Part shown: positions 1 to 11,900 of the stretch, piece after piece
Position numbering within the stretch: position 1 is the first letter of the stretch
Layout: every line of letters starts with the position of its first letter
Source: Dudresnaya verticillata
Lineage: Eukaryota
Direction of reading: 5' to 3'
NCBI GenBank assembly: GCA_977862235.1
Contig: OZ374563.1
Coordinates: forward strand, 2,046,001-2,110,000
DNA length: 64,000 nucleotides
Position numbers and translations under genes: made by a program
The notes under the pieces: model-generated
The model's database searches: none
What the model saw: only the letters and a program-made list of their open reading frames with translations
What the model was told of the DNA's origin: nothing

Positions 1-749
1 TCTTTGGCTTGCTGCTCATCCATGAGTATGACATTCAGGTGCGGGAGGGTATCTTCTGATATCGACGACTTATTCTTGACGACACCAATAACTCTTGCAT
101 ACTGGATGTTGTCCGGCACAACCTTGATTAGCTCCGGGAAATGCCACGAGTACCACTCCCTAACGCGCATCGCAAAGGTGTTAATGTCCTTATCGAGTTG
201 ATCAAGCAGAGCAATGGACTGAATGATCATGTTGTCGGCCTTGTGCACGTTGAACTTGACCTTAGACCTCGAATAAGAGTGCGCAAGCCCCAGCTGCGCC
301 TTGACAGCATCAGTAGCGGAAAGCCCAGAGATGAATTTATCAAAATGCGTCCTGATGCCACGCAAGAGCTCATCGGTGTGCTCATCCGCGGCGACACCAA
401 TACGGGCGTTGAGTGCTTCGGACAAGGCAGACTTGATCTTGCCGTCACGATGCACACCGAGGCGATGGCCAGACGCCTTCGAGGAGCTCTTCCGCAGCGG
501 GAGATTGGTCTCCAGGAAATTCTGCAGGAAGTCAGAGACGGCGCCCTCAGAGATCATGTTGGCGTTCTCGAGCGCGTGCTCGGCCGAGCGGAATGGGGCA
601 AACGCGCTCAGCTTGACCATCTTCGAGAAGCGCGGGAACTCAGCAATTGCCGCCTGCATGGCGTCCACCTGTGACGCGATTACATCTGCTTCCACGACTT
701 CGAACAGCGCGTATCCCGAAGCGGACTCGGAAAGCAGGTAGAGAGACAT
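1..749 (-). CDS. NOP56: Nucleolar protein 56 (box C/D snoRNP), 5' part; continues off the left edge
   Basis: Open frame from ATG 749 (not in the ORF track because it has no stop in the window): MSLYLLSESASGYALF...QLGLAHSYSRSKVKFNVHKADNMIIQSIALLDQLDKDINTFAMRVREWYSWHFPEL, the Nop56 signature. Confidence 0.93.
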   Translation of the reverse strand, partial: MSLYLLSESASGYALFEVVEADVIASQVDAMQAAIAEFPRFSKMVKLSAFAPFRSAEHALENANMISEGAVSDFLQNFLETNLPLRKSSSKASGHRLGVHRDGKIKSALSEALNARIGVAADEHTDELLRGIRTHFDKFISGLSATDAVKAQLGLAHSYSRSKVKFNVHKADNMIIQSIALLDQLDKDINTFAMRVREWYSWHFPELIKVVPDNIQYARVIGVVKNKSSISEDTLPHLNVILMDEQQAK

Positions 750-1158
750 GTCGAAAACGACACGGGCGCAGCAAGCTAATGCGGCGAGGAGGGCAGAGCT
801 CGGCTGTGACGGGGTCGATCCACCTCAGCGCTTCTGCGCACAAGTTTCGGCGAGGCGCAAGGTCTGGGTAATGCAACCTCTGGCTCAGTCGGATTGGGAG
901 CGGGGAAGCTTCTCGGAAAGAAACGGTAGGTGGGTTTCACGAAAGGCTAAACGAAGAAGAGTTGACGCCCGAGGTTTGATCCGCTGCCGCCGGCGGGACG
1001 TCGCCGAAACCCTGGCATTTTAATAAATTTTTGTCCCAAATTTCCATTCTCCGAAACAAACTGTCCTCACCGACACCGCTCACGCCCTTCCCCACCTCTC
1101 TCGCCCGGAGTTGTGCCCGACGTGCAAGGGACTTGGGTCTACCTCCCTCCAGTTCAAC

Positions 1159-1596
1159 ATGCAAGCGATCCTGGGTGCCGCCCGGGCCACGCCGGGTGTG
1201 GTGCAGCGTGCGCAGCCGCAAAGCGCGTTCGTGCGCTTCGCGTCGAAGAAGGCGAAAGGCGCAAGCAAGAACGGTCGGAAGACGATCGGACGGCGGCTGG
1301 GTCCGAAGGTCGGTGAAGGCGAGTATGTGGAGACGGGCAACATCCTAGTGCGGCAACGTGGGACCCGCATGTTGCCCGGATTCGATGTGGGCTGCGGTCG
1401 CGACCACACCTTGTTCGCCCTGGCGCCTGGTCTCGTTCGCTTCATCCGGGCGGCTCCACGTGAGGGCAAGAAGCGCGGCAGGGTTTACGTCCGCGTCGAC
1501 CCTGCACCGGCCCACCGCTTTGCTTCCATCCAGCGCAAGCTCCTGAGGCAGGCTATTCAACGGTACAACGGTCCGATTCTTCATGCCCCGCGGTGA
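1159..1596 (+). CDS. MRPL27: Ribosomal protein bL27, probably mitochondrial, with N-terminal presequence
   Basis: [42 protein letters not shown]...GRDHTLFAL is bL27. The Arg/Ala-rich leader ending VRFAS resembles a mitochondrial presequence. Confidence 0.9.
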   Translation: MQAILGAARATPGVVQRAQPQSAFVRFASKKAKGASKNGRKTIGRRLGPKVGEGEYVETGNILVRQRGTRMLPGFDVGCGRDHTLFALAPGLVRFIRAAPREGKKRGRVYVRVDPAPAHRFASIQRKLLRQAIQRYNGPILHAPR

Positions 1597-1637
1597 CGGT
1601 TTTGGGTGCTTTGAGCAGCCCTCTTTTTTGGGGAGCG

Positions 1638-2540
1638 CTAGGAGCGTTTTATGTATATCGCTACGGCTGTTGCGACTTCGGCTACTAGCGTCGTAAGAAA
1701 AAGGATAGCAAACGTCAGGCTCTCATCTTGGTGTTCCCGGTGCTTGGAAAATCTCTTTTCGACCGCGCGAAGAGCAGGGGTGCCGAGAATTGCGTATCCC
1801 AACAATCTGAGCACGTTGAGTGCCGAAGAGCTGCGAATAAGCAGTGCGTCCTTCAAGAGGAATGCGTTGATATCCATCACCAGCAGGATCAAAATAAAGA
1901 ATGCTAGCGTTGCGGTCGCACCAGGCGGGTCGTCGGAGGCTGGCGACTGGTCACCGAGGCTTGCTCCCCGGAACGAGAATCTATCGATTTTGAAGCCTCG
2001 TCGGATCCGATGCGCGAATCTACAACCAAGCTCTATGCCGATAAGATTGCAGCACAGCACATCTAGAACCCAAGTGTCCCACCAGCATTCCTTGAGCGTT
2101 GGGATGAGGTCTGAAAGCATGAATTCAAGGACTTCGAAGCAGATTGAAGCCCCCCACAGCAAAATGCGATCGGGGAAAAAGAGGGCTTTGACAAACCATC
2201 CGACTAGATGGGCAAGCGCGAAGCGATCGAGGACCCTAAGCAAGGTTGTGAAGGTTAAGGTACAGTCTTCTGTGTGGTTAGCTTCTTCAGGAGTAAGGCA
2301 GGAGTGTAATGGGTCCAGTCGCTGCAAAGTCCGGCAAACCACGTCTGGTGGGGATTGCGATATTTGGAACAGCATGAACAGGTAAAGTAGCACGGCTGTC
2401 CTGAGCAGATGCTCTGCTACGGAGAGCGTCGCAGAGACAAGCCAATTAGTACGGGCCGGCTTCAAGGCCTGCGGACTGAGCTCTGCTGTGGATTGGATGG
2501 GGGCAGATGGCACCTTCCCGAGTCGTCTCAATGGCGACAT
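1638..2540 (-). CDS. Phosphatidylserine synthase (base-exchange PTDSS/PSS family)
   Basis: Multi-pass hydrophobic 300-aa ORF with HLVGWFVKAL...SICFEVLEF...ECWWDTWVLDVLCCNLIGI, typical of the PSS family. Confidence 0.82.
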   Translation of the reverse strand: MSPLRRLGKVPSAPIQSTAELSPQALKPARTNWLVSATLSVAEHLLRTAVLLYLFMLFQISQSPPDVVCRTLQRLDPLHSCLTPEEANHTEDCTLTFTTLLRVLDRFALAHLVGWFVKALFFPDRILLWGASICFEVLEFMLSDLIPTLKECWWDTWVLDVLCCNLIGIELGCRFAHRIRRGFKIDRFSFRGASLGDQSPASDDPPGATATLAFFILILLVMDINAFLLKDALLIRSSSALNVLRLLGYAILGTPALRAVEKRFSKHREHQDESLTFAILFLTTLVAEVATAVAIYIKRS

Positions 2541-3361
2541 TGCTTGGAAGAGTACCGCACTCAGGATGGGATGGCCCTGGGCCTAGGTCTTTGTGCTATA
2601 CTCGATCGGTAACGATGTATTTTCAGGTCATTGCCGTCAGGGCTGACTAAAAGAAAGGGTTCCCTTGCCGGTCGATGATAGGTGTGTTTGAAACTCTGTA
2701 CTGGTCCAGACTTTTCTGTCGAGATGGCAGCGCACACACGACGCAAGGTATAGGAGGAAGACGTTTCAATTGGATCTTGAGAGCTTGTGTGTTAGAGTGA
2801 ACCGGACTGCGGCGCCGAAACTGTACACTTCCTGAGCAATCCTGCGCGATCCGGCAATGGGACTGCAGCTTCATTTTCCTGCAACTGCATTCCAAGAGTC
2901 CTTCGGAGATGTTCAAGTCCTCTTCGAGGCGCTTTTCCACTGGCTGAGCACTGCTGGCAAGGGGAGCTGTCCCTGCCCCGGCCTTTTGCGCAGTGCTGAT
3001 CTCAAGAACGAGTTGCGCTCGCTTCAGCGCACAGCTGTGTTGTGTGGGTCTCAGGGCTTGGGCAAAATGGAGCACTAAAATTGGGGCCGTTTCCTCATGG
3101 TTTTCGCGCGCGTGACGTATATGCGGCCACTTCCCGTCTGACTGCGAGAAAGCACTTGCGGCGCACAATTCGATTCATCACTGCGATCCTTTCTAAAGCT
3201 GGCCAACACATCCAGCGATCCAAGCAACAACTCCGCCACACCCCCACGTCCCCCATTTGCGAGGCTTCGTGTTCTCCCGAGTCGTTTCCTCCTCAACACG
3301 AACACCAACTGACTGCCGTCGCGTGGCAGCTGTAGCACCGCTGAATCTTCCCACAGCCATC

Positions 3362-3894
3362 ATGCCGGGTGCAAAGGCTTACCCCATGGTTGAGGTCAGT
3401 ATCGTGCATTCATCGCCTTCACACCCCGTCTCTTCTGATGTCATGCATCATCTCTCTTTGGCTGACCCGTGGCGCCTGCTTCATTCCTCGTTCCTTTCCA
3501 CATTTCCGCCGCGTGTCCTGATCAGGTGGCGCGACACACCTCTAGCTCCGACTGTTGGATGGTCATTGACAGCAAGGTGTACAACGTCACGCCATTCTTG
3601 CTCGAGCATCCGGGCGGGGACGACATACTTATAGATTCATCAGGGCGCGACGCCACGCGTGAGTTCGAGGATGTCGGCCATTCTGGCGAGGCCCGGTCCC
3701 AATTGGCGGACCTGCTCATCGGCGAGCTGCGCGAACCGACCCAGGAGGAGCTTGAGCGTGCCGCGGAGGAGGCCCTTCAGCGCGGCGAGGCCGCTACCAA
3801 GGAGTCGGGTTCCATCTTCGGCTCCCTCGCTAAGTGGCTCCTGCCTATCGTGCTCATTGGCGTCGCCTACTATCTGAGAAAGTATTCCAAGTAG
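3362..3894 (+). CDS. CYB5: Tail-anchored cytochrome b5; exons 3362-3394 and 3526-3894
   Basis: MPGAKAYPMVE, a 131-nt intron (GTCAGT...GCTGAC...ATCAG), then VARH...DCWMVIDSKVYNVT...EHPGG...FEDVGHS and a C-terminal TM helix with basic tail. Confidence 0.92.
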
Positions 3895-4625
3895 GTGCTT
3901 GTATGTATGTAAATCTGTGGTAGTTGCGTGATCTTTGTTGGGACTGGTTTTACCTTCGCGTTCATTGAGGTCAGCGATACTCGAAGATCTCAAGGCGAAC
4001 TTCCCCCATATCCGGCTTCTTTCCGCGCAATGACTTGGCTTCCTCGTTTGAATACGAGTGGGTATATGTCAGTTTCGCTGCAACGCGGGCATACTCTGTC
4101 TCATTGGCATGGGTACTTGGTTCTTCAAGGCTGAGACTGTGCGAATGAATTTCCGCTACGGAATCCGCGCTACCTGAGGAAGCAGCTAGAACTGCGCCTT
4201 CTACGCAGTGACCATTGCTTTCTCTTTCCTTGAGCCACCGTCGCATTCTCTTCCCTAGCGCGAGATTGGCTGTCAGAATGAGATGTTTGTCGATAGGCGT
4301 GGAACTTGATATGATAACGCGACAAAGCCGAGTTGGGTGAACAAGAACACTGACAACAAGCTGCATGGCGCGAGTAGTGGTGCCCATCTATGCACCCGCG
4401 TCGTGGGAGTCAAGGATTGTGCCGAGAAAGTCGGACGGCTTCGTACAGATTGGCAACATGAATCTGAAAAAGTTTGCCGCGGAAAGTTTCTTTAGTTGAA
4501 GAAGTGCTCTGGAAGCTTGCCTATGTGTGCACTACAGTCGTAACATTTCCAGCGTCGCGGTCACGCAAAACCCTTATGAACCGTTGCGCATCGGGAATCA
4601 TGAAACCTCCAACCACAGCATATCA

Positions 4626-4628
<3 letters not shown>

Positions 4629-4656
<28 letters not shown>
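4629..4656. repeat. (AG)n microsatellite
   Basis: Perfect dinucleotide run. Confidence 0.95.
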
Positions 4657-4660
<4 letters not shown>

Positions 4661-4793
4661 TGACACAACAGAAGCCCTGGAAGGGACTGGGAGACCATCC
4701 CAATGGCACAGTATGTACTCGGTATCCCTGAATGTTACAGTATTCGCGAATGAGGAGCACAAATGTGAAGGTGCCATAGCCGACCAATCCAAG

Positions 4794-5231
4794 TCAGCAT
4801 CCAGGCGCAAATGAGACTTTCTTCCTGCGGCGTCTGAAGGCTTTTTGACGGCTCTTGCGAGTCTCACACGGGCAGCCTTGCCCTTGATACGCGAAGGAGT
4901 TCGACCTGCAGACTTCGCAGGAGCACGAGAGACCAACGGCGTTTGGCATGAACCATCCTTGAGAGACGAGCTGCAGCCCGAGAGCGTAGTCAGCATAGGC
5001 ACCGCCCGTTGTCGTGGACGTGCTGGTGCCGCTCTGGGGTGACCATGTTGCGGCGTATTGGGCGTGGTCTGGTGCCGCGGATAGGCACGGGCGCGCTGCT
5101 GGGTATGCGTAAACGTGTCCTGCGTGCATGATGTCCCTGTGCCACCCTGCCGTCGCTCCTGTGCATGAGCAGCGTGAGACGGTGGCGTCCTCGGAAGTGC
5201 ACGTTGTACGCGTCCGCACTTTACGCGTCAT
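4794..5231 (-). CDS. Hypothetical small Cys-rich protein (145 aa)
   Basis: ATG 5231 to TGA 4794. Has CSCEVC...CPC and a basic C-terminus RRRRKKVSF. No family recognised. Confidence 0.35.
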   Translation of the reverse strand: MTRKVRTRTTCTSEDATVSRCSCTGATAGWHRDIMHAGHVYAYPAARPCLSAAPDHAQYAATWSPQSGTSTSTTTGGAYADYALGLQLVSQGWFMPNAVGLSCSCEVCRSNSFAYQGQGCPCETRKSRQKAFRRRRKKVSFAPGC

Positions 5232-5989
5232 GGTCACTTCTCTGGTGCAGTCACTGCAGGTGCAGCTACGAACTGAGTCCCTCGGCATTGTCGATGGTCG
5301 GAAGGTGGCTTGTCAACTCGTGTTCTCGGTGGGAGTTTTTTTTTTTTTTGTCTCGCGCTCTGATGCGTGTAGGGCAGCAGTATTGGTTGTTCCTTCCTGC
5401 CTGCACGAGGGCGGCGAGGGCAGAACAAGTCAAGACAACCTCGCTGTGTGAATATGACGACGGGCTGGCAGCTCTGGACAGAGAGAGGGCTACCGATACG
5501 ATCGGATGTGCGAGAGAGATACGGTCGTCGGTGATGGGACAGCTTTTACTGTTCTCTGCTCTCCTGTTGTCAACATGTTGTGAGTCTCTTGAGCACGTAC
5601 CTCACGAGTAGCAAATGTCAATTGAACCGCGTACGTACCACAGGCAAGGCCTGCCATCTATTTTCTTTGAACGCCCGGGGATATACTGTAACACTTGCAC
5701 CAATTGCGAGCGGCTTCTCTAGTCTTCGTGGGAATCGAAATGTGCAAATGAGCAGTAGGTGTTGCTATAATGCCATATGCGTTCCCGACGCATAAGCTGG
5801 GACCAATGATACTCCACGTGAGAAAAGGCATTCGAAGTTCTGACGTAAAAGCTCCATGGAGAACAAACACGTATTTCTGCAAGCCCGTGCATGGTTTCTT
5901 GAACATTTCCACAAGCTGTACTTTTTGTTTACAACAGGTACTCCTGGACGAGATCACTCAGACCAGGCGCATTGGAGTTATCGTCGACA

Positions 5990-8900
5990 TTACCCCCTGC
6001 CTGTGCATGCAGTTCGAATCTGTCTGCAGAGTTGCTTGCAGAAAGAGGAATCTTTGGAACCCCAGATGCCACCTGCAAGACCTTCTACTTCCTTACAGAT
6101 CGGTACAAGCATGTTTTTCGCGTCGCTCAAGAGCATCTCTGCATCTGCAACGCTCATGGCCGCCCCCTGATCATCTTGCGATTCTGCACCGTCCTCACTG
6201 AATATGCTTGGCCCTCGTCGCACGGGTGGGTAGCCCCGAACAGTCTCTCTGGCAGTCCGCACAAACTCGCGAAGGATGAACAAGGCACTCTCGAAGATAC
6301 TGATACAAACATCGGCAAGGTTGCGAGCTGCTGTGGAAGACTTCTTCAAGCAATCAATCACAATCTGTCCATTCAAAGTGTCACTCTTGGATCTGAACTC
6401 CTCTTGGCAATATGCGGAAAGCTCACTAACCCTCCTAGACGAAATAGATATTCCCGTTTCCCCGGCTATCCGAGTGTCAATCTGCATGCTCTCCTCCGCT
6501 GACCGCTGCATTTCCTTCAGTGCTGCCTTGCTCACACGCACTACTTCCGAGAGTCGACCCATTGCAGCGTGTTGCTGATGCCGACTGGCGCTACCCGCAT
6601 CAGCCAAACTCCCATCACCCCGTTGACGTTCTCCCAACTGCGACAGGAAGAGAAACAAGACTCCAGCCGGGCAACGTAACGCCGCCAAGACATTCTGAGC
6701 ACATGCTGCACGAGCAACAACCAAATCTCTTTCAAACAAGGTCCCGCCTTCCGGATGTGTGATTGACATTCTGCGTGCTTCTTTGCGGTTCGCCGGTGTC
6801 CGCAAGTTGATCCCAGCACTTAGCAATGACCCAGAGCCACCTATTTGATAAGAGCTCGACACCGGCGGAATAACAGCTCCTAAGACCGACGCAAGTGATA
6901 TTCGCAAGTGCATTGGGCTCGCTGCAGAAGTTAGTAATTCGTACGGAATCCGGGAAATGATCATTCCCATGGAGCTAACTGCCTCAAGGAGATGGCCCCT
7001 AGGAGCTCGCAATCCCCGTAGCAAATCTGAGAGAACAGTTTTCCCATCGTCAAGCGCAGTGAGCGTGCTGTCAACGACAGCCCCGTTTGCACAACATATT
7101 GCCGCCGCAATCGCACCTGTCACGGATGCAATCATTGATACTCTGTTCTCTTCATCATCAGCATCTTTGTGGGTGTCAATTCCCACCATTCTAGAGCCGT
7201 TCCCATACGTCGGGTCATCTGCCATTTCATCTTCGTTCACATCAGCATCTCTATCTCTTCGTGCCCTCGAAGGAGTCCGTGGATTTCGAGTGCTGTGCGC
7301 ATCTCCTATCAACCCTTCATTGCCAGACCCGTAGTCAAACAGTCTTGACGACATTAACACCGGAAGCAATGAACCAGCCGACTCTACACACCCTGAATCT
7401 GCAATGACCCGTGCCCCGTGTCCCACGGACGAGACAGCATGGATGAGCGAGATAGCGGCTTCAGCGACAGCAACCGCAGCTCTCTCACGGCTTGCCTCCA
7501 AAGAGTTTTCATCCGACGTGCCCCGCGAGTTCGAACAAGCAGAAGAGATCAGCCTGCGTGTTTCGGGATCTGCCAAGGCCTTTTGAACAACCCGCCTTAG
7601 TCGGTTCTGCGAGCCAAGTGCAGGCATGGATCGTACCGGGTCCAGAACGGTCGTAAATGAAATCGCGGCAATTGCAGCAGTTCGGGCTCCAGCTCTTGGA
7701 CCTGATATTGCATCCGCACACGCTGCAGATAGAACCGCCTCTGCCCCACTAACTTGTCTAGGTCCAAGTCTGCCCCCGAAAGCCCTTCCGATGGCATCGT
7801 CTGAAACGCGGTTTCTGGCTAGCGAGCCACAAACAAGAAGTGCCGCATATAACGAAGTACGTGCAAATGCTTCATCTGCACCAACACCGACTACACCAGA
7901 AATGGCTCGAACAACACCAGTTAGCAATGCGGTGCATTGTGCATCTCCAATGTACTCCTCTGAACCAGGTTCGAACGGGTTGTCACAGTCTCGCATTCTT
8001 GTGATACACAACAAAACTATGGATGCAGCCATTTTGCCACCATCTCTCCGAACCAAAGTAGAAAGTTCATTTCCGCTGTCGGCGCCAGCTAGTGCACCAA
8101 GCAGAACAGATGTTAGCTCGAACAGCAGCGGTACGGACGAATACCCAGTGTTTCTTTCGTGAACAGCAAGCCGAGCCCCCAAAAGATGACACCACGTTCG
8201 CAAACCGCTCGCAGCAATGAGAATTGCACCGGAACTGGCAGTTAGAGACAAAACCTTCAGCAAGTCGAGCGGCGAAGGAATAGCCGAGGATTGGATCGCG
8301 TTGCCTCGAGGAATTCCAATTCTTCTACTACCTCTCACTGAGGTGCACGTCTCGATTTCGTATCGCGGAAACAATCGAACTTGCAGCGCACTTAAACTCA
8401 TACATGCCGTTAACAGTTCTCCAAGAGCCGCCCAATCCACGTCACCGGAGAAAGAATGGAGCTCCCGGCTACCAACCGCCTCGAGAATCCGGAAAAGCAT
8501 TTCATCCGCAAACCCACCCCCTCGGATATTGGGGTCGCTTGGTTCAGCAATTTCCTTCAAGTGCTCCAAAACCGCAAGCGACGTCTTCCGTACGGTGGTG
8601 GCGGCCAAGCTTTCGAGAAAAGTGGCCGCTGTTGAGCGGCATTTGTCATCAACTCGACCCGTGCTGTCATGTGCCCCTGCAACTAGCTCTACCAGTGCAC
8701 TGAGAACCCCGTAGTCAGCAGAGGCATACAGTCCAGAAGAGTCCAGTTGCAAGCCTAACATAAAGATACCTGGGGCATTTCCACCATCACCAAGGCTTGC
8801 TTCAACAAGACGCAACGCGGACAGCATTATTGGGGGGTCTTCTGATTGTTTTCCTCGGCTGTTGCCAGCGGAAGCCATATTCTCTGTTGTTGATCGTGCC

Positions 8901-11900
8901 ACTATGTTCGCCAATGAAGCTCTAAACTGAGCTGCACTGCCCGCAGAGCCCAAAAGGTCTCTGGTTAGGATAGCAGCTATACTTGGTGACTCATTCGCGG
9001 CACATGCAAGCATGTTGAGAATAGATGCACACACGGCGGGCTCGTACCCAGCCCTGAGAATCACCGGAGTGAAATTGTCAACTGTGAATACCAAAGATGC
9101 CGCACAGCTAAGCCCTTTCGCCTCCCCAAGCAAAAGGTCTGACGCAGGCGCTACAACAACACCGTGAACTGCTATTCGCCCAGATGGGGTTGATAACAGC
9201 ACTGCGACTAAGCGCGCAGCTACCTTTGCGGCCGTCTGCATTTGACGATACGCATCTCCAAGCCCACGCTCTGCGGCTTGAATCAATGAATCCCGTCCGG
9301 CTACGCCGTAATGGTTAGCACCGACGGGTCCATCTGAAAATCGCTGCCCATGTTCGTCACTTGACCGCATTAACCCAGCGGAGCACACAAGCGCTCTCAA
9401 TGCATAAGATGCCGCACCAGTCCCAGGAGCTGGAGTTAGTAGACGACCAAGTATCCGCATGGCGCTCTCGCTTCTCGGATTGCGACGAACAACCTCATGT
9501 ATCAGACTAGCAGCTGCGCCTAAAACATGCCATCTGTGAGATTCCATGTCATACTTTCTTCTGCTCCAGAAGGCCAACACCTCTTCGATTGCGAACCAGA
9601 CCGTGACTGCTTCTACAGCAGCATCTGGAAACTCATCATCACCCCACGAAATGCAACCTGCTGCTAAGCTCAAGACTTTGATGGTAACATCGAACGTTCC
9701 CGACTGTGCTTCCACGCTTCGCAGAAAGTGCCGCAAAGGGGCTGCCTTATCGTTCGCCATGCTCTCAAGAAACCCTGAAATCGCTCGCCGGTTCCCAAGT
9801 CCGGACATACACCCGATTAATGACTCCTTAAGCGTCGACGGCACGTCATATACAGCGAGAGACGATATCCGCATTCCTAGTTCCGTGATTGCTTCCCCGA
9901 GGACTAATGATATTCCGCCGTGCGGACCAAGGCTCTCAGCCGCGTTCGCAACAACGTCGAGTACCCCACGAAGGACATTCACGTCAGACTCGTTGAACTC
10001 CGGTGCTCCCCGGCGGCTTGTAGAAGTGCTGAACATATTTTGGTAGTGAGATATGGCTTGAGATGCGCGATCCAGTGTTACAGCTGTCTGACCAGAGTCA
10101 CGCAAGTATTGCAAAGATGCTGCAGCGTGAGAGGGACAACCGTCCTTCTGCGATACACGTGCCAACAGAGTGAGAAGAGCCGCCAGAGACTCACGATAAA
10201 CTTCGCCAAGGCCACCTGGAGCGTATAGGTTTCCCATTGTAGCATCTCCAAGGTCGATCACCGCGTCTCCAATTTGGTGAATAACCCCCGCACTAGGAGC
10301 ACCGATCCCTGACCAATAACGTAAACCGCCTCCCATGGAGTCTGTTGATAGCTTTGAAGGAGCCAAAGAGATAGCCTCAGCAAGAAATATTGCAAGAGCC
10401 GATATCAAGTTCGTTGTAGACCTCTTCTTCGACGCTGCATCCTGAAGAGCACCGTTATCCTTTTGTTCGCTTCTCTCGTTCGGAGATTCAGAAAATGAAA
10501 CAGATGGTCGTGCAATAGGGGTGCTTCCAAGCAACGAGAGGGGACGAGATGAGTTTCTACCGCTGGGTTGCCGCGGAGGCTTACCGCGCGGTGGAAGACC
10601 AGGGACAGAGTTTCTCTTCGAAGGGCCTGAACCATTTTCCCGAGAGCCGTACGAGTATCTACGGGGATCCGATGAAGAGGTTGGTTGAAGCGGAGATGCG
10701 GCAGCACCTCTTCCATGACTTGGGACTCCAGAATTGCTACCTTCGAACGCTGCATAGGCCACTTCTGCTGATGCTGCCGAGACCTCCTGTTGTGTGAAGG
10801 ATATGAATGCATTAACAAACTGGGACGCTTCCGCAATATCCAGCGCAAGGTCTTCGACAACGTCTGCGTACAGGTCCGTGTCTGCACAAAGAGACCCAGC
10901 ACGCTTGCCAATCCAAGAGGTCAGGTCATGCCCTAGGAAAGACAAGGCGCCGCCGTAGGCACAAAACCGCAAGGCGGTGAGCTTCGCTTCCTCCTCATCG
11001 GGAGATGCGACCGCGAGTCTAAACAGAGCACCAACAAGCTCTGCTGCGGCCTGCGCCTTTGAGACGTTGCAAATATTTGCATCTTGGTTTTCCACGAGTG
11101 GCGGGACTGCGGTGGTTCTAGGAATGAAATCGAGATTCTTAAGCAGAACATTAACCCCATTCTGCCCACTTCTAGGATCGTATATGTCATGGTCTCGGGA
11201 CCGATCTAGTGCGCACATCCATGCTAGAAGAACCAAGTTGCGAACGCTCTCCACCTCCACAAGTTGCGGAGACATCACCTCCAAGAGCTGCGATTCGACG
11301 TTCTTCCCATCTCTCTCTGACGACTGTGGCTCAGAAAACGGAATGGCCTGTCTACCGGCCTTCGTTGCCCGCAGCTCGGCTTCTTCAGCCCGGCGAAAGA
11401 CCTCGTCGACGATGTCAAGTAGTTTCCGAAGCGCCAGGGCTTCATCACTAGAGAGCTGAACAGTGTAGGCAAGCAAGAAGAGCGTTTCAGCGAGAAGCAC
11501 GGCCTCGCCTTTTTGCAGTGCGCGTGGATTACGCTGAGGTCCCGTATGTGCATTCGCGGTCTTGATGCCTTCCGTCAGGCGAGTTGTGATGTTAGTAAAG
11601 ATGCCATGCTCGGCAACTAGTGCGTCGCGTTCTAGCATCAGCCGTGGGATAAAGGCGTCTACATCTTGATCAGCGGCACTAGGCGTAGCGAGCAGCCCAG
11701 CACGCAAGACTTCCAGCAAGTACATCAGCGACTCCCTTCGCCGCGCGTAGAACAGATTCTTTGCAGACGCCACGACGTCATGATCTGCCCGATGGGCGGC
11801 ATGGTCGCGCGCGTCGTACAGCAAGACGCCGGCGGCGAGCTCATTAAGATGAAGCTCGTCAGACAAGGCGATTGCGACCGAGACAAGGTCAGGGCCCAAG

